Shown: positions 39,844 to 52,026 of the stretch, in pieces
Layout: each line of letters begins with the position of its first letter
How positions within the stretch are numbered: position 1 is the stretch's first letter
Source: Candidatus Poribacteria bacterium
GTDB lineage: Bacteria > Poribacteria > WGA-4E > WGA-3G
Length of the DNA: 64,000 bases
Assembly: GCA_965198235.1 (NCBI GenBank)
Contig: OZ240248.1
Coordinates: forward strand, 1,280,001-1,344,000
Reading direction: 5' to 3'
Notes under the pieces: model-generated
The model's input: only the letters and a program-made list of their open reading frames with translations
Told to the model about the DNA's origin: nothing
Database searches by the model: none
Translations under genes and position numbers: made by a program

Positions 39844-40602
39844 ATGCGGTTGAACGATAAAATTGCCATTGTCACAGGAGCTGGACGCGGTATCGGTAGA
39901 GCGATAGCCCTTCGCTTCGCTGAGGAAGGGGCTAAAATCGTCGTTGATGACGTGAACGATGCCTTGGGAACAGCAACCGTCTCTGCTATCATTGATGCGG
40001 GCGGTGAGGCACTGTTCGTCAATGCCGATGTCTCTGATACTGCTCAGGCAGAAAGTCTGATTGCGAGGACTGTTGATACCTACGGTACGGTCGACATTTT
40101 GGTGAACAATGCTATCTGTTCCACTGCCGATGTGCTGAACAACAACTGGGAGGCGAACTTGGCGGTCGCGCTCCAAGGCACCAGCCACTGTTCTAACGCC
40201 GTTATCCCTGTGATGCAAGAGGCTGGAGGCGGTAGCATTGTCAATATCGCTTCTGTCAATGGACTCATCGGGTTACAGGCGATCCACGCGTATTCTGCTG
40301 CGAAAGGTGGTGTTATCGCCTTGACCCGATCTATGGCAGTTGCACACGGTAAAGACAACATCCGTATCAACTGTATCTGTCCTGGGACGATTCAAACCGA
40401 AGTCTGGGAGCCGATGATTGAACGTAACCCACAGATCCTGGATGAGATCACGCCGTGGTATCCGTTAGGACGGATTGGGCAACCTATTGACATCGCGAAT
40501 ACCGCGCTCTTCCTTGCCTCTGATGAAGCGAGTTTTGCAACGGGGGCAGTCTTCGTCATTGATGGTGGGTTGACCGCGGGCAATCACCAATTTCCGATCT
40601 GA
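39844..40602 (+). CDS. SDR family oxidoreductase
   Basis: TGAGRGIG, LVNNA, YSAAK. Confidence 0.92.
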   Translation: MRLNDKIAIVTGAGRGIGRAIALRFAEEGAKIVVDDVNDALGTATVSAIIDAGGEALFVNADVSDTAQAESLIARTVDTYGTVDILVNNAICSTADVLNNNWEANLAVALQGTSHCSNAVIPVMQEAGGGSIVNIASVNGLIGLQAIHAYSAAKGGVIALTRSMAVAHGKDNIRINCICPGTIQTEVWEPMIERNPQILDEITPWYPLGRIGQPIDIANTALFLASDEASFATGAVFVIDGGLTAGNHQFPI

Positions 40603-40662
40603 CAGTTGGTAGAAGGGAACACCTAATTCAGACGCAGGACAATTGACACACGGAGGAACACA

Positions 40663-41514
40663 ATGGTAACACAGGAACAGATCAATTTTTTTCAAGAAAA
40701 CGGCTATCTCAAGTTCGGGAGAGTCTTAGATAGCGATGGCGTTGAAGCCATGCGCGCGGGCTTAGATGCGGTCATTGAGTTGGAACTTAACGAGGGCGAC
40801 GATTCCTCGCCAGAGTTCAAGTACGGACACGACCGACGCGAGAACCGACTCAATCGGGGAAGCGGTCACCCGCGCGCGATTCATCAATACGTGAACATGT
40901 GGAAACGGGATTCCCATTATGAGGCAGCCATTCATCATCCGCTCATCGCTGGGACGGTACGTGCGCTGCTCGATACTCCCGAAGTACGACTCTGGCACGA
41001 TCAGGTTATTTCCAAACCACCGGATGATAACGGACATTTCGCATTCCATCACGACTTCTTCTTTTGGCCCCTCAGTCCACCGAACATTGTGAGTTGCTGG
41101 CTCGCTTTGGACGATGCAACGGTGGATAGCGGGTGCATGCACGTTATGCCGAAGAGCCACAAAGACGAACGCTTTTCCGTCGCCGCGAGGGCTACGGCAA
41201 ATGCAGCAGCGGCGAAGGCGCGCGAAGAAGGGCGAGAACTACCTCCCGACCAGTGGGCAGAAAGACGGGAATTGAGCATCGATCACGGCATTCCGGTGGA
41301 ATTGAAAGCAGGCGAATGTATGTTTCATCATTGCCTTAACTTCCACGGCACGCCACCGAATGTCACGGAACGTCAACGCCGTGCGTTCGTGATGATTTTC
41401 ATGGCGCAAGACGTCTGCTATAACAACGCCCAATCGTCGAACCACGTCCTCGTTCCAACAATCGAGGTAGAGGATGGTGAACCGCTCGTCGGTGACGCGT
41501 TCCCAGTAGGGTAA
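40663..41514 (+). CDS. Phytanoyl-CoA dioxygenase family protein
   Basis: FHHD, SCWLALDDAT..SGCMHVMPKSH, FHHCLNFH. Confidence 0.9.
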   Translation: MVTQEQINFFQENGYLKFGRVLDSDGVEAMRAGLDAVIELELNEGDDSSPEFKYGHDRRENRLNRGSGHPRAIHQYVNMWKRDSHYEAAIHHPLIAGTVRALLDTPEVRLWHDQVISKPPDDNGHFAFHHDFFFWPLSPPNIVSCWLALDDATVDSGCMHVMPKSHKDERFSVAARATANAAAAKAREEGRELPPDQWAERRELSIDHGIPVELKAGECMFHHCLNFHGTPPNVTERQRRAFVMIFMAQDVCYNNAQSSNHVLVPTIEVEDGEPLVGDAFPVG

Positions 41515-41528
41515 CTGTGCATGGAATC

Positions 41529-41642
41529 GGGGTGTTTTTGCTTGGGGTGTTTTTGATAGGGTATTTCTGCGTATTGCTTGGGGTGTTTTTGCTTGGGGTT
41601 TTTGCTTGGGTGTTTCCCTGCGTATTGATAGGGTGTTTCCCC
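41529..41642. repeat. Modular G/T-rich tandem repeat array
   Basis: Shuffled units gcttggggtgttttt, gataggg(t)gttt, ctgcgtatt; the same units occur at 45901-46101. Confidence 0.8.
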
Positions 41643-41696
41643 AATTTCCTCAATTTTCCCCTCCTACAGCAGAGGTGCCGAGGTAAGGATAACGAC

Positions 41697-42953
41697 ATGA
41701 AAGATTCAACATTTATTACAAGAGTCGTCCTAAAAAACTATAAAAGCATCGCTGCATGCGATGTACGGTTGGGGCCCTTGACGTTCCTCGTAGGGCGTAA
41801 CGGTTCGGGTAAGAGCAATTTTCTGGATGCGCTGCGGTTCGTTGCGGATGCGTTGAATTCGTCACTCGACCACGCATTGCGAGATCGCGGAGGTATTAAG
41901 GAGGTCCGTCGTCGCTCTCGGGGGCATCCGAACCATTTCAGTATCCGTCTTGAGTTTATTTCGCCTGAAGGTTTTACTGGGCATTATGCCTTTCAAATCA
42001 GGACGCGTTCACCTGGGGGCTACAAGGTTCAGACTGAAGAGTGTAGCATTCAAAACAAACTGGGCCTCATGTCCGAAGAACGTTTCCGGGTTAATAATGG
42101 CGAGGTAATAGATACAAGTGTGGCGGTAGCACCCGCTGCCACAACCGATCGCCTCTATTTGGTCAACGCGTCTGGTCTGCCCGAATTTCGACCTGTCTAT
42201 GAAGCCTTTTCTCGGATGGGATTTTATAACTTCAATCTGGACAAAATCCGGGATCTCCAAGATCCTGATCCTGGGGACGTTCTCATGGGAGATGGCAGTA
42301 ACCTCACCAGTATCTTCGCCCAACTTCCACCCGCTGTGAAAATAGACATTGAGGAGTATTTAGCATTAGTCGTTCCTGATATTCGTGAGGTGGATGTCAA
42401 AGCGTTTGGCCACAAGCAGACATTAGCGTTCAGACAGAAGGTCACGTCGGACAAATACCCCTGGCAGTTTTTCGCAAATAATATGTCTGATGGCACACTC
42501 CGTGCATTAGGGATTCTCGTAGCACTATTCCAAGGAGATGGCGATGCACAAAAACGCGTGCCTCTCGTCGGAATTGAAGAACCGGAACTTGCACTTCATC
42601 CAGCAGCAGCGGGTGTACTGCTTGACGGGCTTAGAGATGCTGCCCACAAAACGCAGGTTATCGTTACCAGCCACAGTCCAGATCTTCTTGATGACAAGCA
42701 CCTTGATGTAAACTCAATGCTGGCAGTTGAAGCAGATGAAGGAAACACGGCGATCGCCCCCGTGGACGAAGTGGGAAGGTCTGTATTGCGTGATCGGTTG
42801 TTTACAGTGGGTGAACTTCTACGTCTTGATCAATTGCAACCAGATCCAAATCAAACATCTTTAGTTAACCGTGCGAAAGTTAAGCAGCTTGAGCTTTTTG
42901 ATTCCAACAAGAGAGATGCTGACCAAAAAGAGAAAAAAGGAACGTGTGAATGA
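41697..42953 (+). CDS. AAA_15/AAA_21 ABC-type ATPase
   Basis: LKNYKSI, GRNGSGKSN, MSDGT, IEEPELALHP, TSHSP. Confidence 0.88.
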   Translation: MKDSTFITRVVLKNYKSIAACDVRLGPLTFLVGRNGSGKSNFLDALRFVADALNSSLDHALRDRGGIKEVRRRSRGHPNHFSIRLEFISPEGFTGHYAFQIRTRSPGGYKVQTEECSIQNKLGLMSEERFRVNNGEVIDTSVAVAPAATTDRLYLVNASGLPEFRPVYEAFSRMGFYNFNLDKIRDLQDPDPGDVLMGDGSNLTSIFAQLPPAVKIDIEEYLALVVPDIREVDVKAFGHKQTLAFRQKVTSDKYPWQFFANNMSDGTLRALGILVALFQGDGDAQKRVPLVGIEEPELALHPAAAGVLLDGLRDAAHKTQVIVTSHSPDLLDDKHLDVNSMLAVEADEGNTAIAPVDEVGRSVLRDRLFTVGELLRLDQLQPDPNQTSLVNRAKVKQLELFDSNKRDADQKEKKGTCE

Positions 42954-43567
42954 CGGTCAAAATTGGATGTATTGTTGAAGGGCACGGCGAGGTAGAAGCC
43001 GTACCAATTTTGATTCGACGCTTGGCAGCGCTCCATTATCCTGAATTGACAACTGTCATTCCAACCCCTATCCGTATTTCCAGAAATAGGGTCTTTAAGG
43101 CAGGTGAACTTGAGCGTGCAGTCGGATTAGCAGTTCGGAATATCGGGAAACAAGGTGCTATATTTATCATCCTTGACAGTGATGATGACTGCCCCGCACA
43201 GCTGGGGCCCGAGCTGCTGCATCGGGCATCACAAGTTTTTCGTAATGTGCCTATTGCCGTTGTTCTTGCCAAACAAGAATTTGAAGCGTGGTTTCTTGCA
43301 GCAGCAGAATCGCTTCGTGGAAAAAGAGGTTTAAAAGAAAACCTCCGTTCTCCGAACAATCCGGAGGCAGTACGTGGTGCAAAGGAATGGTTGAACCAAC
43401 AAATGGAAAATAACAGAACATATCGTGCTAAACGAGACCAACCCGCACTCACAGCACTTTTTGACATAGAACAAGCGCGTCGCACAGATTCATTTGACAA
43501 GTGCTACCGCGACATCCTTCATCTCCTTGACGAATTACGAAAAGCAAGTGCCCCAAATAGTGTATAA
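42950..43567 (+). CDS. DUF4276-like (TOPRIM-like) protein coupled to the ATPase
   Basis: IVEGHGE, LDSDDDC, EFEAWFLA; ATGA overlap. Confidence 0.75.
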   Translation: MTVKIGCIVEGHGEVEAVPILIRRLAALHYPELTTVIPTPIRISRNRVFKAGELERAVGLAVRNIGKQGAIFIILDSDDDCPAQLGPELLHRASQVFRNVPIAVVLAKQEFEAWFLAAAESLRGKRGLKENLRSPNNPEAVRGAKEWLNQQMENNRTYRAKRDQPALTALFDIEQARRTDSFDKCYRDILHLLDELRKASAPNSV

Positions 43568-43615
43568 GTGGAAAAAAGAATATAATCTATCGCGTCCATT
43601 TATTGAGGATTTAAT

Positions 43616-45019
43616 ATGGAAAACAAGCCAAATGTCATCTTTATTTTAACCGACGACCAAGGACCGTGGGCAGCGGGCTGTTGCGGTAACGATGAAGTCC
43701 GGACACCCTATCTTGACCAGTTAGCCTCGGAGGGAACCCGCTTCCCCAATTTCTTCTGTACAAGTCCCGTTTGTTCGCCTGCGCGCGCGAGTCTCATGAC
43801 CGGTCGTATCCCTTCAGCACACGGCGTACACGACTGGATTCGCGACGGAAATATGCCACCAGACCCCGCCCGATACCTCGATGGATTGACCTGCTATACC
43901 GATGTTTTAGTTGACAATAACTATACTGTCGGACTGAGCGGCAAATGGCACCTTGGCGATAGTTTAACACCACAACACGGGTTCAGCCACTGGTTCACTT
44001 TACTTACGGGTGGGAGTCAGTACAACGATGCGGATATGATCCGAGATGAACAGGTTGAAATGCAACCCGGCTATCTTACCGATGTAATCACTGATGATGC
44101 GTTGGACTTTATCTCAGCGAATCAGGAGGGACCCTTTTACCTCAGCGTCAACTATAATGCCCCGCATACACCGTTTACGGGACACCCTCAAGACATCGTT
44201 GATTCCTATGACGATTGCCCCTTCAAAACGTGTCCACAGGAGGCGTTACACCCATGGGCTGTGCAAGGTGCAGCTGTACACATGGGCAATCGTGAGTCGT
44301 TGAAAGGCTATTTCGCAGCGATTACCGCGCTTGATTGGAACGTCGGTCGAATTTTAGAGAGGCTTGCACAGTTAGGGATCCGTGAAAATACGCTCGTTGT
44401 CTTCAGTAGTGACAACGGCTACTCGTGTGGACATCACGGGTTTTGGCATAAAGGGAACGGAACATTCCCGCTGAATATGTATGAAAACTCCGTCAAAGTC
44501 CCCTTCATTGTCAGCCAACCCGGCAGTATTCCAGAAGGTCGCGTCAGCGAAGCGATGGTGAGCCAATACGACTTCATGCCGACACTCCTCGATTATCTTG
44601 GATTACCCGATCCGAATGATGATATGTCACCCGGCAGAAGTTTTGGGCCCGCGCTTTCCGGTGAGACGAACGATGCGAAAGATGAGATCGTTATCTTCGA
44701 TGAATACGGTCCCGTCCGCATGATCCGAACACAGGAGTGGAAGTATGTCCATAGGTATCCATACGGTCCACATGAGCTGTACGACTTGGTAAACGACCCG
44801 GATGAACGGAAAAATCTGATAGACGACAAGTCTCAGAACGCCCGCGTAACTGACATGCGCCAACAGATGGGAGCGTGGTTTCAACGATACGTCTTACCAG
44901 AATTAGATGGCGCGAGGTGTTCCGTCACCGGTGGCGGCCAAGCGGCAAAAATTGAGGAAGGGCAATGTGGTGAAGGTGCCTTCCATCCCAGATACGCCCC
45001 ACCTCGACAGGATGTGTAG
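43616..45019 (+). CDS. Sulfatase
   Basis: ILTDDQ, CSPARA, GKWHLG, SDNG. Confidence 0.92.
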   Translation: MENKPNVIFILTDDQGPWAAGCCGNDEVRTPYLDQLASEGTRFPNFFCTSPVCSPARASLMTGRIPSAHGVHDWIRDGNMPPDPARYLDGLTCYTDVLVDNNYTVGLSGKWHLGDSLTPQHGFSHWFTLLTGGSQYNDADMIRDEQVEMQPGYLTDVITDDALDFISANQEGPFYLSVNYNAPHTPFTGHPQDIVDSYDDCPFKTCPQEALHPWAVQGAAVHMGNRESLKGYFAAITALDWNVGRILERLAQLGIRENTLVVFSSDNGYSCGHHGFWHKGNGTFPLNMYENSVKVPFIVSQPGSIPEGRVSEAMVSQYDFMPTLLDYLGLPDPNDDMSPGRSFGPALSGETNDAKDEIVIFDEYGPVRMIRTQEWKYVHRYPYGPHELYDLVNDPDERKNLIDDKSQNARVTDMRQQMGAWFQRYVLPELDGARCSVTGGGQAAKIEEGQCGEGAFHPRYAPPRQDV

Positions 45020-45020
45020 A

Positions 45021-45866
45021 ATGGCGAAAGCCTTTGCCCCCGGCAACATTTCGTGTGTTTTCAAGGTTATTTCACACGCCGATGCAACCCGTATGCACTC
45101 GCTCGGCATGGGTTTCACCGTTAAAGAGGGTGTAAAAGTCATCGTTTCTGAACACCATGAGACAAAAGTGCTGTTTAACGGGCAAAGCATCGATTTTCCT
45201 ACGGTACAGGCTGTTGCTGATCGGCTAATCCGAAGCATAGGTGCTGCAGGCATGAAGGTGGACATAACGTCCCCATTGCCCCTCGGTTGCGGCTTCGGGC
45301 TTAGTGGTGCCGCTTCGCTTGCAACAGCATACGCACTCAATGAACTGCTCCATTTGCACAAAGATGCGGAGACGCTCGCCATGGTAGCGCACGTCGCAGA
45401 GGTTGAAAATCGCACTGGATTGGGTGATGTCTGTTCGCAATACCACGGGGGTTGCCTCGTCAAGTTGAGGGAAGGCGCACCATTGGTTGCCGATAGGTTA
45501 CCGATAACAGAACAACCTATCTATTACCGTTACTTCGGGCCGATTCAGACCAGCGAGGTACTCGGAAACAGAGAACAGACAATTCGCATCAATCGTGCCG
45601 CCGATGCTGCGTTAAGTGTTTTGCGAACGCTTACCAGTACCAAGCCCAATACCGAACTCTTTAACGCCTGTTTTGAAGTATCAAAGCGGTTTTCAGTGGA
45701 GAGCGGCTTGCTCAGTGATGCCCGTGTGATAGAGACAATCGAACAGATTGAGGCGGAGGGTGGTGTCGCTTCAATGATTATGTTAGGGAACGGCGTTTTT
45801 AGCACGCATCCATTTGAGGATGCAGTGGAAACAAAGCTTGTTCATAATCCAGCGCGTCTCGTATAG
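45021..45866 (+). CDS. GHMP kinase resembling archaeal pantoate kinase
   Basis: AFAPGNISCVF, SLGMGF, PLGCGFGLSGA, AHVAEV...TGLGDV, SMIMLG. Confidence 0.75.
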   Translation: MAKAFAPGNISCVFKVISHADATRMHSLGMGFTVKEGVKVIVSEHHETKVLFNGQSIDFPTVQAVADRLIRSIGAAGMKVDITSPLPLGCGFGLSGAASLATAYALNELLHLHKDAETLAMVAHVAEVENRTGLGDVCSQYHGGCLVKLREGAPLVADRLPITEQPIYYRYFGPIQTSEVLGNREQTIRINRAADAALSVLRTLTSTKPNTELFNACFEVSKRFSVESGLLSDARVIETIEQIEAEGGVASMIMLGNGVFSTHPFEDAVETKLVHNPARLV

Positions 45867-45871
45867 CCAAA

Positions 45872-46169
45872 TAGCGGTCGGCAGTCGGCAGTCAGCAAGA
45901 GGGTGTTTTTGCTTGGGGTGTTTTTGATAGGGGTTTTTGATAGGGGTTTTTGCTTGGGTGTTTCTGCGGATTTCTGCGGATTTCTGCGTATTGCTTGGGG
46001 TGTTTTTGCTTGGGGTTTTTGATAGGGTGTTTCCCTGCGTATTGATAGGGGTCTTTGATAGGGTGTTTCTGCGTATTTCTGCGTATTTCTGCGTATTTCC
46101 CTTGTTAAATGAAAACCTCTTAACCGAAGATTTCCAGAGCTATAGTCATAAAACCGAAAGCCGATAGCC
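45872..46169. repeat. Heptamer-armed element (family B) enclosing a modular G/T array
   Basis: gcggtcg-gcagtcg-gcagtca-gcaagagg ... aacctcttaaccgaag ... ccgaaagccgatagcc. Confidence 0.7.
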
Positions 46170-46180
46170 AATACATCATC

Positions 46181-48277
46181 ATGGTAATCAAACAAATCAT
46201 AAAAATCCCAGTTCTGACTTTTTTTATAGTATCTGTTGCTGTGGGTGCCGTAGAAGTTGAGAATGTGACATTCGGATTCGGCGATGGTTACAAAATAGGT
46301 ACATGGGCACCCTTAACGATAACTGTACGGAATCAAGATGAACGCACTGTGTTTAGTGGAGAGTTGGTTGTGGAGGTGCGGAACTTTTCTTCGGACACCC
46401 CCATCGAACGTTACGCTACCTCACTGCACCTTATCGGGCCCGAGCGACAACGGAAAAACTTCTATGTTTACTGCCCGAAAAATGCTACGCAGCTTGTCAT
46501 TCGACTTGTACCGAGCACACCGTCAGAGACGGCAGGATTACGCGGGACAGCGTCCGGTCTGGTGAAAGATATATTGCTCCCAACACCACTTGCACGCAAA
46601 GACTACTTCGTGCTGGTATTGGCTCCGAGCGGCGACAAGTTGAAACGATTTGTTGATAAGAAACAGTTAGCGGTGCATGTCAAGTACCTTCCGAATTCGA
46701 TGTGGCTACCGCGCGACTGGATAGGCTATAATGCCGTTGATGTACTCGTTGTTCGTGAGGTTCGCTTAACCGAACGGCGTATCCTTAAAGCACAACAGAC
46801 GGCGATGCTTGATTGGATACAGCGTGGCGGTACGCTGATTGTCTCCGGCGGCAGTAGTTTTAACTATCTGCAAGGCAGTTTTATCGAGCCCTTTCTCCCG
46901 GTTGAATTAAAGGGTGTGAGGAAGGCGAATACGCTCCCAGTTGCTTTGCTGGAACAACTTAACAGAATGGCAGTCAGCAGTCAGCAGTCAGCAGTCAGCA
47001 CAGACTTGCCCACGCCTACTGATACACAGCTTTTGAAGCGCGTGGGAGAGTCTGAGCAAGAGGGCGTAACTTCACCAGAAAACCTCTTAACTGAAGGTTT
47101 CCGACAGCCGATGGCTGAAAGCCGTTTTGAGTGTATCCAATTTGTTCCAAAAGCAGGATGTGAGGTGTTGATTGGCACGGCGGAGCAGATTTATGTCGCA
47201 AAACGGAACTTTGGAGATGGACGGATTCTCTGCCTCGCGTTTGATTACAATGCACCCCCCTTTGGCGTAAGCGAAAAAAATATGGAGAGGTCGGAGCAAC
47301 AGGTAGCTGAAACGTTCTGGAACAGATTACTGAGTAGGCACGGTAAATCTCCGCGGCACCTCGCGGACCGGTATGCACTTGCACTCCAACATGAGGTGGA
47401 AATTCATAAGCACTTTCTCTCGAAGATGCCTACCCGGGTGCCGCTCATTAAACTGTTGGCTATAGTTTTGCCAATATATCTGCTTGGTTTTGGGGGTTTC
47501 TTGTTCTATTTCGGGAAGTCAAGGCAAAAATCACGCACCTATTGGATAGGCGGATGTCTCTTCGTTCTGCTTTCGGTGAGTACAATTGCAGCGGCGCGAA
47601 AAGTCTGGTTTCCGAACGCCGTCACAGCAGACAGATTGTCAATTGTATCGGTTTATCCTGAACGGCAGCGCGCACACTTATTAAGTTATGTTTCCCTTAG
47701 AGCCGCATCGCGTGCCGAAACGTCCATTGACTTCACAAAAGGGAGTTTCATTCGTCATCAGGAGGTTGAGGAGTCGAAGGGTGAACGCCTTCAAAAAATT
47801 GGGACATTGGTTCAAGATTCGCGTGTTCAACTACGAGGTTTATCGGTGGAACCGTGGCAGCCTACAACGTATGTGGAAGAAAAATTTTTGGCGTTGGATA
47901 CCCAGCAACTTCCGCATACTCTTGAAAAAACGTGGCGCGTTGCAGGAAAAGAGATGACTTACTTAGGAAATGTCGCGCTAAGAGTGGAATCGGGGTTGGA
48001 AACCCCTCCTACATCCGAACCTTCAATGGCACGTCTCCGACTGCAAGTAACACCGAAAATGCCGCCTGATGAGAAATTAAGCGGTGCCCGAAAGACGTTT
48101 GCGCAAATACTACAGCGAGATTACGTGTTGCGGTATTTGGCGACAGAGGCGAACCTGAATCCGCCACCCTACTTCATGGGGTGGGTTTCTCAGGGGTTTA
48201 CTGGTGTGGTAGCAGATGGGAGTATTGACACAAACGATGAAACTTTAGTAATTTTTCGTCCTGGTGCTGGACGTTGA
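46181..48277 (+). CDS. Exported/membrane protein with a class I glutamine amidotransferase-like domain and an in-frame repeat insertion
   Basis: Signal peptide, LP.DW.GY..VD, WIQRGGTLIVSGG, G.GRI, two TM helices; insertion at ~46967-47124. Confidence 0.65.
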   Translation: MVIKQIIKIPVLTFFIVSVAVGAVEVENVTFGFGDGYKIGTWAPLTITVRNQDERTVFSGELVVEVRNFSSDTPIERYATSLHLIGPERQRKNFYVYCPKNATQLVIRLVPSTPSETAGLRGTASGLVKDILLPTPLARKDYFVLVLAPSGDKLKRFVDKKQLAVHVKYLPNSMWLPRDWIGYNAVDVLVVREVRLTERRILKAQQTAMLDWIQRGGTLIVSGGSSFNYLQGSFIEPFLPVELKGVRKANTLPVALLEQLNRMAVSSQQSAVSTDLPTPTDTQLLKRVGESEQEGVTSPENLLTEGFRQPMAESRFECIQFVPKAGCEVLIGTAEQIYVAKRNFGDGRILCLAFDYNAPPFGVSEKNMERSEQQVAETFWNRLLSRHGKSPRHLADRYALALQHEVEIHKHFLSKMPTRVPLIKLLAIVLPIYLLGFGGFLFYFGKSRQKSRTYWIGGCLFVLLSVSTIAAARKVWFPNAVTADRLSIVSVYPERQRAHLLSYVSLRAASRAETSIDFTKGSFIRHQEVEESKGERLQKIGTLVQDSRVQLRGLSVEPWQPTTYVEEKFLALDTQQLPHTLEKTWRVAGKEMTYLGNVALRVESGLETPPTSEPSMARLRLQVTPKMPPDEKLSGARKTFAQILQRDYVLRYLATEANLNPPPYFMGWVSQGFTGVVADGSIDTNDETLVIFRPGAGR

Positions 48278-48438
48278 AGGAAAGTTGTGGTGAAGGCTAC
48301 GAAGGGAATGGCTATTAGTTTTCAGCAGAATATGCCGGGCCCCTACCCGTTATAGGGGAGGGGCAATTGTATTTGTCTGTGTGATGGACGGGTCCCCAAT
48401 TGCGTTGGTCCGTACCGGATACCATCGTGGAATGATTT

Positions 48439-48617
48439 TCTAACTATGGGAATCTGGTCACTGCTCCATTACATTTCGCAGTGGTTTTTGGTTAATGCCA
48501 ACATACTCCAGGAGTTCAAAGGATTCTGGCTTCATCAGAAACCGTTGTGAAACGAAGTGGAACAACGCCCAGGAGCCCATAAATTAAAAAATGCCCAGGA
48601 GGCCATAGTTTAAAAAA
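48439..48617. repeat. MITE-like element (family A) abutting the pfkB start
   Basis: taactatggg...ctccattacatttcg...ggtttttggttaa and inverse gaaacgaagtgg...cccataaattaaaaaa-tgcccaggaggccatagtt. Confidence 0.65.
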
Positions 48618-49544
48618 ATGGATGTGCTATCGCTCGGCATTTATGTCGTTGATGTGCTGGGGCGACCCATAGATCAGTTTCCCGAAAAGGGAAAATTAGC
48701 CCTCTTTGATGAACTCGAAATCCATACTGGAGGCTGTGCTAACAACACGGCTATTGCACTCACGCGCTTAGGTATCTCTGCTGGCGCGATGGGTAAGGTT
48801 GGCACTGATGCTTTTGGCGACCTGATTCTGCAAACGCTCATAGATAACGGTGTTGACACGGCGGGCATGCAACAGGAGGCGAGTGCCAGCACTTCCTTTA
48901 CATTCGTCGCCGTCGCCTCCGATGGCGAACGAACTTTCTACCATTACATCGGTGCGAACGGTGAACTCTGTGAGACCGACCTTGATTGGGAAGTCATAAA
49001 AAGTGCCAAAATTTTGCACATCGCTGGTGCGCTTGTCATGCCGCGTTTTGATGGCGCACCGATGGCGAACGTCCTCCGAGAAGCGAAAGCTTTGGGGATA
49101 ACCACCTCACTCGACACAGCGTATGATGCTACTGGAAAGTGGTTGGAGACACTCGAACCGTGCTTGCCTTATGTAGACATGTTTATGCCAAGTATCGTCG
49201 AAGCACAACACCTCACGGGTCTATCTGAGCACCGAGAAATCACCCAATTTTTGCGAAATAACTACGGTATCCATACAATTGTTATTAAAATGGGTGAAAA
49301 CGGCAGTTACGCCTCCACACCAGAGGCTGAACACTTAGCACCAGCATATTCTGTGAATGCCGTTGACGCAACCGGAGCAGGGGACGCTTACGTCGCCGGT
49401 TTTCTCGCGGGAACCCTCATGGATTGGGACCTAAAAGCAACAGCCGAATTGGCATCTGCGACGGGGGCAGCCTGTGTCACTGCCATTGGTACAACTGCCG
49501 GCATCCAAAATCTCGAAGAGACTCTGAAGATCTGTCAGAGATAA
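48618..49544 (+). CDS. PfkB family carbohydrate kinase
   Basis: GGCANNTA, GKVGTDAFG, DATGAGDA. Confidence 0.92.
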   Translation: MDVLSLGIYVVDVLGRPIDQFPEKGKLALFDELEIHTGGCANNTAIALTRLGISAGAMGKVGTDAFGDLILQTLIDNGVDTAGMQQEASASTSFTFVAVASDGERTFYHYIGANGELCETDLDWEVIKSAKILHIAGALVMPRFDGAPMANVLREAKALGITTSLDTAYDATGKWLETLEPCLPYVDMFMPSIVEAQHLTGLSEHREITQFLRNNYGIHTIVIKMGENGSYASTPEAEHLAPAYSVNAVDATGAGDAYVAGFLAGTLMDWDLKATAELASATGAACVTAIGTTAGIQNLEETLKICQR

Positions 49545-49580
49545 ATTCCACCGAGAGAGGAAACAACACTGTTAGGTTAA

Positions 49581-49729
49581 CCCAAGTTGCTACTAACAAG
49601 TTTTGAAGGTTCAAGGAGGCTTTTTACGCACTTTCCTCACCCCAGAGGGGTGATATGTCTATAGAAAGGACGTATTTTAGCAACTGCACTCCAGCGGAGT
49701 GCTATGTCTATAATAGGTGGCAACTTGCG
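49581..49729. mobile_element. Small MITE-like insertion carrying REP-like units
   Basis: Ends cccaagttgc / gcaacttgcg; flanked by direct repeat ttaggttaa (49572-49580, 49730-49738); internal gcactcc-agc-ggagtgc hairpin. Confidence 0.55.
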
Positions 49730-49850
49730 TTAGGTTAAGTGAAATTGGGGAAAATTAACCAGTGCTGGCAGCCTGCAACAACGGCGCAGGCGGATCTGGC
49801 AGAGGCAGGTGAACGAAAACCCACCTGAACGTACCGCAAGGAACATTAAA

Positions 49851-52026
<2,176 letters not shown>

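Noticed and set aside
41399-41698. ORFs with KNTP/LLGVF repeats here and at 45842-46195 and 45937-46167
   Set aside because: Translations of the modular DNA repeat arrays, not credible genes.
45901-46101. CRISPR array
   Set aside because: No constant repeat with unique spacers and no cas genes.
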